A DNA stretch of 60,723 nt, filler included, from Sphacelaria rigidula (taxonomy: Eukaryota), in NCBI GenBank assembly GCA_964200075.2. It is 5 parts of 5 records of this genome, joined end to end, with 100 filler letters (N's around TTAATTAATTAA, not from the genome) between each part and the next. Parts side by side here need not be neighbours in the genome. Positions count along the whole stretch, not along the records: positions 48,661 to 60,723 come from CAXNAA020004169.1; 4 more parts are not named here. One strand, given 5' to 3'. The notes under the pieces are model-generated. The model had not been told where the DNA came from. It searched no databases and worked only from the letters and a program-made list of their open reading frames with translations. Of this stretch, positions 50,510 to 60,723 are shown in pieces (the stretch's first letter is position 1; each line of letters opens with the position of its first letter). The position numbers and the translations under genes are program-made.

Positions 50510-52640
50510 CATCCGCAATGGCTATCGATCGACAAGATTCTCTTTCCAATGTCGTCGGCAGTGTCTATCGATAGACCCCCTTCCCACACTATTTTCCGGG
50601 CAGCAGTCTGTTGTGGCCCTACACCGAAAACTATTCCTGCCGACCGAATGTATCGATAGATAGCTTTCCAAATCTATTGATGGCGGCAATGGCTATCGAT
50701 AGACCGTGTGCCAAATATGTTGATGGCGGCGATGGTTATCGATAGGTTGTGCACCAAATCTATTGATGACGGCAATGACTATTGATCGATTGCATGCAAA
50801 TCTGTTGATAGCGGTATTGAACATCGACAGATACATCGCAAAATCTACCGTGGTATATAGTGCCTACCGATAGATACTACCTATCGTGTGCTACCACTCT
50901 TACATCGCAGCATACTGTGTATAGAGCATATTATTATATGTTGAAATACACCGTAGAGAAGCCGCAGGTGGGCATGCAGTGGACACACAATTGTTCTACT
51001 TGTGAATATATGACGTCACGATTCTGCAAATTCGGAACGGTTGTATATTGTAGGAATCCGCTTCATATGTGGACAAAAGTTGACTAGTTTTGTTGTTGGT
51101 GTCGTGTTGGTACTCATGGTTGTCCCTCTGACGGACATGAGCGCTTATTGTACTTTTACTGTCGTGCGTTGGTGAGATGTGCTTATACTCTGGACAACAG
51201 ACTATGTAATAGAACACTGTCGCTCCAATAGCCCCGAAAACTCGACTGTCAGTGTTCGTTGTCATTCATAATGGACCCGCATCACTGTCTATCGATAGCT
51301 ATCGTGGGCAATGATAGATTCGGGACAAGGGACAGAATGTATCATTGCCGTGGCAATGAAGGGGCCAAGTTGTCTATCGATACATTTTTATTTATTGCAC
51401 CAGGCGCTGAGTTGTGGTCACCGATGTCTATTGTTAATCACAGTAGGACTGCAACGCAGCCACCAATACATATTGTCGGTCACAAGAGGATCTAAATTGC
51501 GCCTACCAATGTCTATTGCTAGTCACAGTAAAATCTGAATCGCGGCCACTAATGTATATCGCTGGTCACAATTCAGTCTGAAGCGCGCCCACCAACATAT
51601 ATTGCTGGCCACAATAGGGGCTGAATGGCATCGATCACTACCGATGTATGCACATTTTTCGGTGAATGTTTCCAATATATTCCACAGAAGCGCCAGCTAT
51701 CGCCTCAGGTAGTTGCGTGTTAAGGTGTGAGGGGTATCGTCGTAGATGTTGTAAGACCACTGCAGTGAGTAATACATCTGTCAAAACCCTATCGTTGGCG
51801 TCACTGACTATCGATTGATGTTCCCTAGAGCAATCGATTGGTAACACGGGATCTTACAAATTGGGGATGGATCATTTATTGGGGATGGAAACCCGGAGGA
51901 TTAAAATCTTCGTATCCGTACCATATATTCGAAATACGGGTCCACTTCTTCACCTACTGATAGCTATTGACAACTGCTACACGCCACAGAAATTTGGATT
52001 TCGATCACCGAAATGTTGGGGTCCTAGGTGAAAAAACAGTTTTGTGGAATTCCGGGTGTCCGAGCGGACGCCAAAATGGTTCTGAAATGTTTTTTTTCAC
52101 CTAGGACCCCAACATTTCGGTGATCGAAATCCAAATTCCTATGGCGTGTAGCAGTTGTCAATAGCTATCGGTAGCTGAAGAAATGGAACCATATTTCGAA
52201 TATTTGGTGCGGATACGAATATTTTAATCCTCCGGGTTTCTCATCCCCAATAAATGATCCATCCCCAATTTGTAAGATCCCGTGTTTGTTGACGGAAATT
52301 GCTATATTGATATATGTCTCAAAATCCATTGTTGGCGACAGAGGCTATCGATAGATTGTTCGCCAAATCTATTGATGACGGCAAAGGCTATCGATAGACG
52401 GTAAAGGCTATCGATAGACGGCTCACCAAATATAGTGATGACGGCAATGGCTATCGATAAAAAATACATTCCAGAATCAATTGCGGTGTACGATGTCCAT
52501 CGATCGCCAGTGGTACTAGTGTATTGTAATTATCATGGACTACTCATCGACTATTGCAACATATATTGTCCCTTGCGATATATATCAATTTATTTGTTTC
52601 ACCATCTAGTGTATTCGACAATGTGTATATCGATAGGTTT
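50510..52640. repeat. Degenerate minisatellites with CTATCGATAG core (50510-50890, 52290-52640) and a second ~45-bp array at 51410-51630
   Basis: Repeated AAATCTATTGATG.CGGCAATGGCTATCGATAGA and CCAATGT.TATTGCT.GTCACA. Confidence 0.7.
51845..52284. mobile_element. 440-bp near-perfect foldback MITE
   Basis: ~190-bp arms CACGGGATCTTACAAATTGGGGATGG... / ...CCATCCCCAATTTGTAAGATCCCGTG. Confidence 0.85.
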
Positions 52641-52716
52641 CCCCAGCGTCTATTACTGAAGCAATGCACTATTTTTGTGCCCATCGTCCAGAGTGTGCAC
52701 TTTATACGTATAAATC

Positions 52717-53073
52717 GGTCGCCCCGGTGGCTCAGTTGGTAACCTCGAAACCTTCTGACGGTTGGGTTGTGGGTTCAAATCTCGGAGCGATCTGAGATTT
52801 TTTCTCACAACATGCCCAACAACAGTGGAGAGCGACCATGTCGTGGGTACACGAAATTCAAGTGAACGATCGACGAAGGAAAGGAAGTGCTGAACCCCTC
52901 TCGCGGTAAAAAGTAAAGGCAAGCACCGCAGAAGAAAGGTAGGGTACTAAAAACAAACAGAAAAAGAAAAAACTCTTGTGCTGACCTTCCTCCTGTGTAC
53001 CCCGGCTGGTGCGCCCACTATGCCGAAAGGTTTAGACCGGCGTCCAGAATAGATGGGACGACAACACACACGG
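52717..53073 (+). mobile_element. tRNA-derived SINE, apparently full length
   Basis: The head has Pol III A box TGGCTCAGTTGG (52728) and B box GGTTCAAATC (52772) within an acceptor-like stem GGTCGCCCCG/CGGAGCGATC. The ~280-bp body recurs at 1017-1231 and the head at 48661-48729. Short CA-rich tail. Confidence 0.8.
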
Positions 53074-54365
53074 ATGGGTCATCCGTTGATCGATCACTTC
53101 TCAAAATATTATTTGAGCCCGCAGTGCGAGTCTCGCGCCACTTGATGCATCCCTGTGTATGCAAGGTGATTTCGTGAGCTATTACATGTCTTCTGAGCAG
53201 CTATAGTATCCCGCTGCATGCGAAAATCGATTTTGTGTTTTCGGGCGGAATCTGCCGTAGATGCTAAATTAAATACGAACTTGTCATGGCCTGGTTATTG
53301 TTCCACCTTGCGATCCGCAGTTCAAGCTTCATGCCCACCTGTCGTGGATCCTAAATTAAAAAAGCAAAGTCATCACGGATCGCCTGGCCGGTACCTACGG
53401 CTCTTGCAGCCCTTCAGGAAGATCAGGAACGCCGGATACTCACAACACCCCTGGCAGCCCTTCGGGTCGCTCAAACGTATCTTACGGCACAAAAGTACAA
53501 ATGAGGCTTTACACCTGGGCAATCTCACCCAAAGAAGACACGGCCGCACATCCGTCACGTGACTTTTTCAACTTCAGACAAATGAACAGTACTGCGTTCC
53601 CACCCCAATTCTGGACAGATCGGCACACGGCAGCAGTACAGCGGTCGAGGCAATGTTCAGCGTACAGTATATCAAATCGTCCTCGCAGAGTTCAAACGCA
53701 CCCCAGTACAATACAGCGGCAACTGCAGGATAGAAATCATGGGTCTGAGTACGCAGCGTCTTGTTCGTTACGAAAGACAGCTTTCAACACACGTATCATG
53801 GCGTTTCCAACTGTGATAAGATAGCACTGCGCGTCCGCTACAAATATTTTGTAGAGAGGAACACAACAACTGTGCAGTAGCTCAGGCGATCATAGTGGAC
53901 ACAAAATCGTTCTCCACAGTACACAAGACAGCTACAGCATGCGAGAAAGGGCGTGAGTGTGTTTGTGCTGCAATACAGCAATGCGGTAGAACGTGACATG
54001 TCCCATAGCTTTGTTTTTCACCCGATTTTGAGCAGCTCCTTACCGTGGTCGGGTTTTCAAAATGGGGAGTCCATTTTCGATCAGGGACGCGCCCGCTGAC
54101 CAAAAAATTATATTCGTGGGGAGCATTTTTGTTCAAAATCGTCGCTGATTTCATGCCCTTTAGATTCGTGTTTTCACATATCGTTCAAAATCGGGCGTAA
54201 GTTGGTTTTGAATCGGTCTCATATATTTCTAGAGCGGATATCAGAAGAAAAATGTAGCTTGGGATTAGCAACGTTGACGAAACTCGTCAGATGGATATGA
54301 CGGAATAAATATACTAATGGACATGACTCTCCAGAGCGTCGAAATCAAGTATATGGTTGGCAGGG

Positions 54366-54662
54366 GTGTACTCATGATCATGCATGCCATAGTCTTAACA
54401 CTATTATTGACCTCGCATCCCTACGATGCCGGGACGGAGCACGCCGGGCTTTCGCCGGACTAGGCTTGCACTCAAACCACCAAGCGCGAAGCGCCGTGGT
54501 GTGTTCGGCGAGTCGCATGAAGGATGAGCTACATCCTGCTAAGATTGTTCGGCCCGAAGCCTACTGATTTGGATGACAGCCAACAATGAGATGCTTTATT
54601 CTGTGGTATCGCCACTTCCAGAGACAGCCACGGCTTTCACACTGCCTCATGGGTGTCTAACC
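54366..54662. mobile_element. Unclassified ~297-bp interspersed element flanked by an 11-bp direct repeat (GGTTGGCAGGG)
   Basis: Homologous copies at 1-310 (head-to-tail) and 27045-27312. No TIR, LTR termini or poly(A). Confidence 0.7.
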
Positions 54663-56136
54663 GGTTGGCAGGGAGGGGCGTTAGTCAACTACTTGATTCT
54701 GGAGTGATACCAGAAAATCACTTGGTTTCAGTATGCCACCCGATAACCACTTTTAATCCAGGTTACAAGTTTCTAGATCTATGTGTGAGGTCAAATACCA
54801 ACTTTACTATGGTACAACGTTCAAAAATACTTCATTTCAGTTAACCGATTAGAGCAAGACAGTATGTTCCGCGGGGCACACAAACATGACCTGAACGGGC
54901 TGCGGACTGCGGAGTGAGGCTCTTCGCTCGACGACACAACGTGCATAGCAAATACGCATAACTACGAAAAGGCAGATCACATTTATGAGGTCTGGATCTT
55001 GGGCTAGGTACTATTATTACAGCACCAACAGGCAGGCTCAAATCCCCGTACGGTATGGCCACAACGCTTTGAAAGTTTGGTTTGTAGTGCCCAGCAATAC
55101 CACCATGTCAGTGGGTAGCTTGCACACGTATTCAGTGGGCATGTCAATCAGTTGAATACAGCGTCGAAGTGTGGATCACTATACTACATTGTGGGCCGTA
55201 TTTACACAAGAGAAATGAGTGTATACGTTTTCTCCGAAATGCGAGGGGTGGGGGTTGGCCTATCACTTCTCCCCATGACTATCCCTTGTGTAGAAAAATT
55301 GGGCACTGCGTACGTACACTATATGTGAAGATAAACGTTTTGGGAGCATCACAGCGGAAAAGTCGAAGACTGTCTCTTGCAGCACCCATGACAAGCTACA
55401 AAACCTCTCAGTGTCACCTTAGGTTGTTCTGGACACACGTCCAGAACCTTTCAAAATTCACCGTGAAAATGTTGAAGGTAATGTGTGTGGTACCATGTCC
55501 CGCGTGGTTATTCTAATGGTGAAAGGTATGTTGGTCCTGTTGGCGCGCGTACATACGAATGAGTGGTTCTTACTTCTTGTAATTAGCAAAAAGTGCCGCA
55601 GCTTATGTGTTACTTACTCTCCGCTGCAAGTCTAGTCACCTTGATTTGAGTGCGACACAACAATTGAAGAATGTATCCTCAGCGCCCGACAGAAGAAGCC
55701 ATGCACATTACCCACACAAAGTACGGCAACCGTGATTAACGTTTTTTTGCACAGATGGATCGGACGCGCCTCGTTCGGGCACGTGGGCCGAGGCCCGTGA
55801 GCTATTATATCCCCTGTCGTAGAGCCTCATCACGCTTCCGCCAATTTGACTGTGCTTACACGTCTATGTTGCGCTCGTCCCATCTGCAACGTTTAGAGAC
55901 TTTTCCCATGAAAATCACTTGGTTTAAATGTGGGGTACCCACTACCATTCACTCACCTGTGGTTCCCCAGAACACGACAACGGGACAACTGCTATAACTT
56001 ATTATGTGAGTAGATGTTGTAGGCATCGCTGGCCCGCTGGCTTGCACTCGTAACTGTTGTCATCGGCAATGATCTGAACGGTGAGGATGCGGGTATTTGA
56101 AACAACAATACCGAGAAAAAAAATCACTCGGTTTAT

Positions 56137-59100
56137 CTAAAATGGAGCTTCAGCGCGGATCGATGGCACACCCCCCCCCGACCGGCGTCCTGTCCCGCTA
56201 TATCGTAGCCACTCATTACCCCCGCTTCCCACAGCATCGCGAGATCTCCCGTCAAGCGTGGCACTATGGCTACGATCACCGCTGGTGGACCTCATAGGTC
56301 TAGCATTCTGACTCTTTATCCTAGCGGTACTTCTCCCACGAAGCATCCATTCGTTTGGCACCCCTCCGCAGGAGGCAGCGAGCAGTACGTTGTTGTCTGC
56401 TTGGGCGTGCCCGTGACCCCACGGCGATGAAAACGACATATTACTATCTGACACTCTCCAGTCTTCCAAACATCGAGGGAATGCTGCTCCCGCTGCTACT
56501 GCTGTATCTGGTCCCGGAGTCGAAGCTGATTGTGAGTCCTGGCGCGAGATGATCTCGTCGAAATGAACTCGCGCATCAAAACTGCGGGCAGAAGTAGTCG
56601 TGGCGTTGCGGCCGTTCCTAGCACTACTACTACCACTGCTGTTGTTGCTGTCGTTGCTGTTGTTGTTGTTGTTGTCGTTAACGTCATCGTTGTTGCTGTT
56701 GTTGTACAGTATCGAGGTCGACCTTTCTCGTCGATGTTCGACGCGCCCATTAATACATGTGCTACTTGGACGATATTGATGGTCGTGATACGTCCATCGT
56801 GGTGATTGCTTGGGAATGGGCCCTGGCGAGGCGCGATTCACCTGTCGCTGGTCCTCTCGAACCTGGGCTTGCCGTCGCCGGGAGTTGGACCTACGGTGGT
56901 ATTCAGTAGGTGGTATTCAGTAGGTGGTATTCAGTAGGTGAAAGGGGGCGTGTCATATATGTACCACATGCAACCGGAAACAATGTAAACACTGGGTGAG
57001 TCGTCCTTACCCCGATGCTACCCTGGAATTATGCTTTTCATCACTGAAATGCGGTTCTCTTCGTACTTCACCAACAACGAAAGATTCCTCCTGTACGCCG
57101 GGCACGGGCTTTGCATTTTTCACGGAACCGAAGGACACTTTCTACGATAGACCCCCCAAAAAGTGCCTGGTTTGGGGAGGCAAAGTCTCCACTAAAATTG
57201 AAGTGGAAAAGGCCGAGCACAACGAGCAGCTGGGAAGCACTTTTTTTGGGGGGGGGGGGCTATCAAGAAAATGTCTCTTCTTTTTGTTTTTGTTCTTGTT
57301 CTTGTTTTGTGTCGTTCTGGTTTGTTTCATTTTCTTCTGTTTTCAGTTCACTCCATTCATTTGCTCCATATCTCTTCATTTTTTCCCTCATTTTTCTTCT
57401 TGTCTAGTCCTTAACGAGTGTGTTCTTGTTGATTCCCCTGGGTACGTCTATCTTGTGACGACGGCTGGGTCCCTCTTGTGGATAATGATCAGTTAATGTG
57501 CGACAATCAATCAATCAATCAAGCAATCAATAGATCAATAAAAACACCTGAAACATCGATCAATCATTATGAAGATTCCACTATTATTAATGTGGTGTTT
57601 CCCGAGTGGTCGGGGAGCTTACCTGACACGGCATTAAAGCTTGTAACTGATGCCAAGGTGAATAACCAGCACGCGATCACCGATCACTCGCATTTGGAAA
57701 ACGAAGATGCTACATTGTGTCATCTTGTCATCATCCAACATGGACTCTTTGTAACGAGTCGGAATGAATGAAGAATGAAGATTGAAGAATCTCAACGACA
57801 GGCACCGTGAACGCACGCCGGAAGCAGCAACATACTCTTGCATCACTCGATGCAGGAGTTCACGTCTGATGGGTTTTCCATCCACACGGCACCGTGTTTG
57901 GAGCGCTAACAACAACATATGCACATGCAACCATCCCATTCCCCTGGTTGTGCATAGGTCTGGTGATGTCAAATATCCATCCCGAGCTGTCGGTGCAACG
58001 TAAGAGGAATAAGATCGCATTGTATTTGTACGGAGGTAGGATCATGGTATAAAATCACATATATTGTGGAAATATCAGTGCCACCACTTGATCACTGTCT
58101 CTCATCAACCCCCCCAGGTATATCCACATATTTCCTTACTCCGCAACGCGCTGACTATCCGGTTGTGTAGCAACTAAATGTCGTTTGCTCACATCCGTTG
58201 GGAAGATCGAGCTTACCAAGTCAACATGAACCCGAGAGGTTCATAGAGGAAACAACATAGAACCCCCATCTTGGGGTTCAAATCTCTTCATCATTCCACC
58301 CGCCTCGTAAATGAGCCTCCCCCTGCACGCACCCCGCACACCCCCACCTGCTCAAGGCACGCTCAGCGGAGATGGTGCCCGCACTGCTTCGTCGTTGAAT
58401 CTTGCCCCCCGCATTTGAATGGGCTGGTTTCTGCTGGCCCCGCTGCTGTTGTCGTTGTCGTTGTCGTTGCTGCTGCTGCGGCGGCGGCTGCGAGGAGCGC
58501 CGCTTCTGAAGCAAGGAAGCTGCCAGATTGTGTTGCGGTTGACGAGATATTCAGGTCGGGTGAGCAACAACAGGCGTTACTCGACAAAAAACTAGCAACA
58601 ATAATAACTACACACGTATGCACGTTTAAAACGACAACTTTGTCGAGAATAATCACCACCCCGTCAGGCGACATCGGATAGAATCGCAACAATTTTACGA
58701 GCCACCTTAGGACATCGCCCGGTTCGTCCATTGCGCTCGCTTTGTCCTCACGTGTCGGGAAGGTGTTTCGTGTTTTGTGCAAATATGACTGGGAAGAGAG
58801 ATCTGGCTACCTTAAACGTGCAATTTCACGGCAGACACCGACAATGTCTGTACGTTAAAAGCAACAAAAATACATTACCCGAATACTTTGCTCTCGCGTT
58901 GCATGCACCCGAAGAGCTCTTTTCAAGGATCGTATAGTGGGAATCAAGGACATTTTTCTGTACTAACTATAACTAGTGCGTCCTCCGTTTACACGCTTGG
59001 AAGACCTTGCTGTGGGAATACAGAGCAACTCTATTCGTCCACTACCGAGATATACCGCTTTGCTGTGGAAGAACGGAGCGTCAAAATAGTGATGTGGTCA

Positions 59101-59922
59101 ACGTGTGGGTGATAGCCGTCGCTACAGAGTAGCGGCCCGTCAAGTGTTGTCTTACCCAGAATGGGAACTGCTCTCAGCAGATCTTCTGTTCCCAGTGCGC
59201 CATCGCGATCGGCGTCAAGGCTTTTATACAAGGATCTCGCTTCTTCTGGGTCAAGCTCAACCTGCCAGTTGTTGTGAAAGCGCGCGCGTGTTCATCGTGT
59301 CGTACAGGCGCGAATGGTCCCAGGGAGTACGTCCACTGATATGAGTACAAGCTGAGCGACTGAGTGAGTAAAACATGATAGTCATCGCCGCGGTAGACGT
59401 GCATCATGTCTCGATAAACAGAAACGCCGCGGGATGTAGACCTTCTACAGCAAGACCAAAGGGATCTCTGCATCTTCACACCGCAAAAGCACAGTTTCAA
59501 CATGGTGTGTGAGATTACATGTACAACACCACACATTTGGCACATATGGGCTCGCGCTGGGCTGCGGTATTGTTGTCGGCGGTCGTTGTCTTGTTGAAGT
59601 AACGCCATCTTCCACCTTTTGAGAAACCCACTCCAGCTTGTTTGATTAGTTTGAACACTTTCTTCAGTCATGGCTCACCTGAAAGATCCGTGACAACGTA
59701 GCCGCAAAATCCCTGGATGTCGTCAACGCCCGGTCTACTGACGCGACAGGACCATAGCGTCGACGCCCCCGTGCTATCCTGGTCGCTTCTCCATCTCTGC
59801 CCCCCCTCCTGGTCTCCGGGAACGTATTGCCTTTGGTCCGACCGTGCCCTGCTCCGTGCAAATTGCTCAAAGTTGGGATAGATAGGGTCAAAGGTGGTCG
59901 AAGATGTGGATTTTCGTGAAGC
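56137..59922 (-). CDS. 3' part of a multi-exon EF-hand-containing protein with low-complexity regions (exons 59679-59922, 59156-59261, 58348-58519, 57817-57865, ~56137-56862)
   Basis: Phase-consistent GT-AG splicing gives SRDFAATLSRIFQ|VELDPEEARSLYKSLDADRDGALGTEDLLRAV (EF-hand DxDxDG loop), then a Gln/Arg-rich exon and an Asn/Ser-rich exon. The boundaries of the last exon are uncertain. Confidence 0.75.
57280..57540 (+). mobile_element. Non-LTR retroposon 3' end with (CAAT)n tail
   Basis: T-rich tract, GGGTACGTCTATCTTGTGACGACGGCTGG, CAGTTAATGTGCGAC, then (CAAT)n. Confidence 0.75.
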
Positions 59923-60723
59923 CTGAAATTGCAAGTAACGGCCGCCTGCCGCGAGGAGACGAACAGTGTGCACTTTGGTAGATAGAGCACACCTCTGCTC
60001 AAAAATGGTGAGGTCGTGGGGTTTAAACTAAAATATCAACCTCCACATATCATTGCGGTCTTCACCTGCGCACCCATATGAGTGCATTTCTATTGATACC
60101 TAGTATCTCCGATTATGTATTCGTTGAATGATGGTCAGGTCTATCTCCTTCAAATGATATCCATTAAATGGTGTACAACGGAGGTGTGTGAGGCGTAACT
60201 TCTGTGATGACGATGATGATGATGATGACGACGATTGATAACGATCGATGATGGTGGTGGGGATGAAGACGACGATTGATAACGATTGATGATGATGGTG
60301 GGGATGAAGACGACGACGACTGTACCCTTCGGAAGACGAAGCTCTCGGATTTACGTATAAAACTACAAACGAGAAGGAGAAATTTAGCGCGTTCTACTTC
60401 ACGGAGGAGACGACTGGTATTATCCTCCGCCCCACCGACAGTTTATGAAAAACCCCAACCATCCAACGAAACCACCCACACGTACGTCACACATACCCGT
60501 ACGTTCAGAGATTCACTCCTAACGACGATACACTATAGTAGCCGCTAGCTGAATCGTGGTACAGTATTTCAGTATTTCACGGTTAGAACAAATCACCACG
60601 ACTGAAAATCACCAAATTCGCGATTTCTTCGGCCTGATTGCCCAAAAGGGGAGGAAAAAGTTGATCGCTGGTCCAAGGGGTATACACGCAACTTTTGCGC
60701 CATTCCACGTGTATGGGCTGCGT

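Noticed and set aside
50510..50890. CRISPR-like repeat-spacer array (also 12410-12655 and 14900-15325)
   Set aside because: The intervening sequences are similar to each other, the repeats are degenerate, there are no cas genes and the context is eukaryotic: these are minisatellites.
52717..52792. Functional tRNA gene
   Set aside because: Irregular anticodon arm and over-long acceptor stem, no T-run terminator directly after a standard cloverleaf, and it is attached to a repeated body, so it was called a SINE.

Overview
Eukaryotic, intron-rich, repeat-rich nuclear DNA. Gene structure, FNIP genes and the TE types suggest a brown alga or other stramenopile, but this is inference. The window is not one locus. 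It is five contigs (1-12067, 12168-24232, 24333-36396, 36497-48560, 48661-60723; lengths 12067/12065/12064/12064/12063) joined by identical N44-TTAATTAATTAA-N44 spacers, so adjacency across spacers carries no biological meaning. Contig 1 holds a multi-exon PTPDC1-like dual-specificity phosphatase (+). Contig 2 holds the last two exons of an unknown gene plus unresolved exon-like sequence. Contig 3 holds the 3' end of a class II glutamine amidotransferase-like gene and an F-box-like/FNIP-repeat gene. Contig 4 holds a near full-length but decayed chromodomain-bearing Ty3/gypsy element, a nest of foldback MITEs and a decayed Ty1/copia fragment. Contig 5 holds the 3' part of an EF-hand protein gene (-). 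Introns and intergenic DNA are packed with short mobile elements: several MITE/foldback families, a tRNA-derived SINE, microsatellite-tailed non-LTR 3' ends, palindromic minisatellites, and an unclassified ~300-bp structured element with an 11-bp flanking direct repeat that also occurs head-to-tail. That last element is the best candidate for something undescribed.
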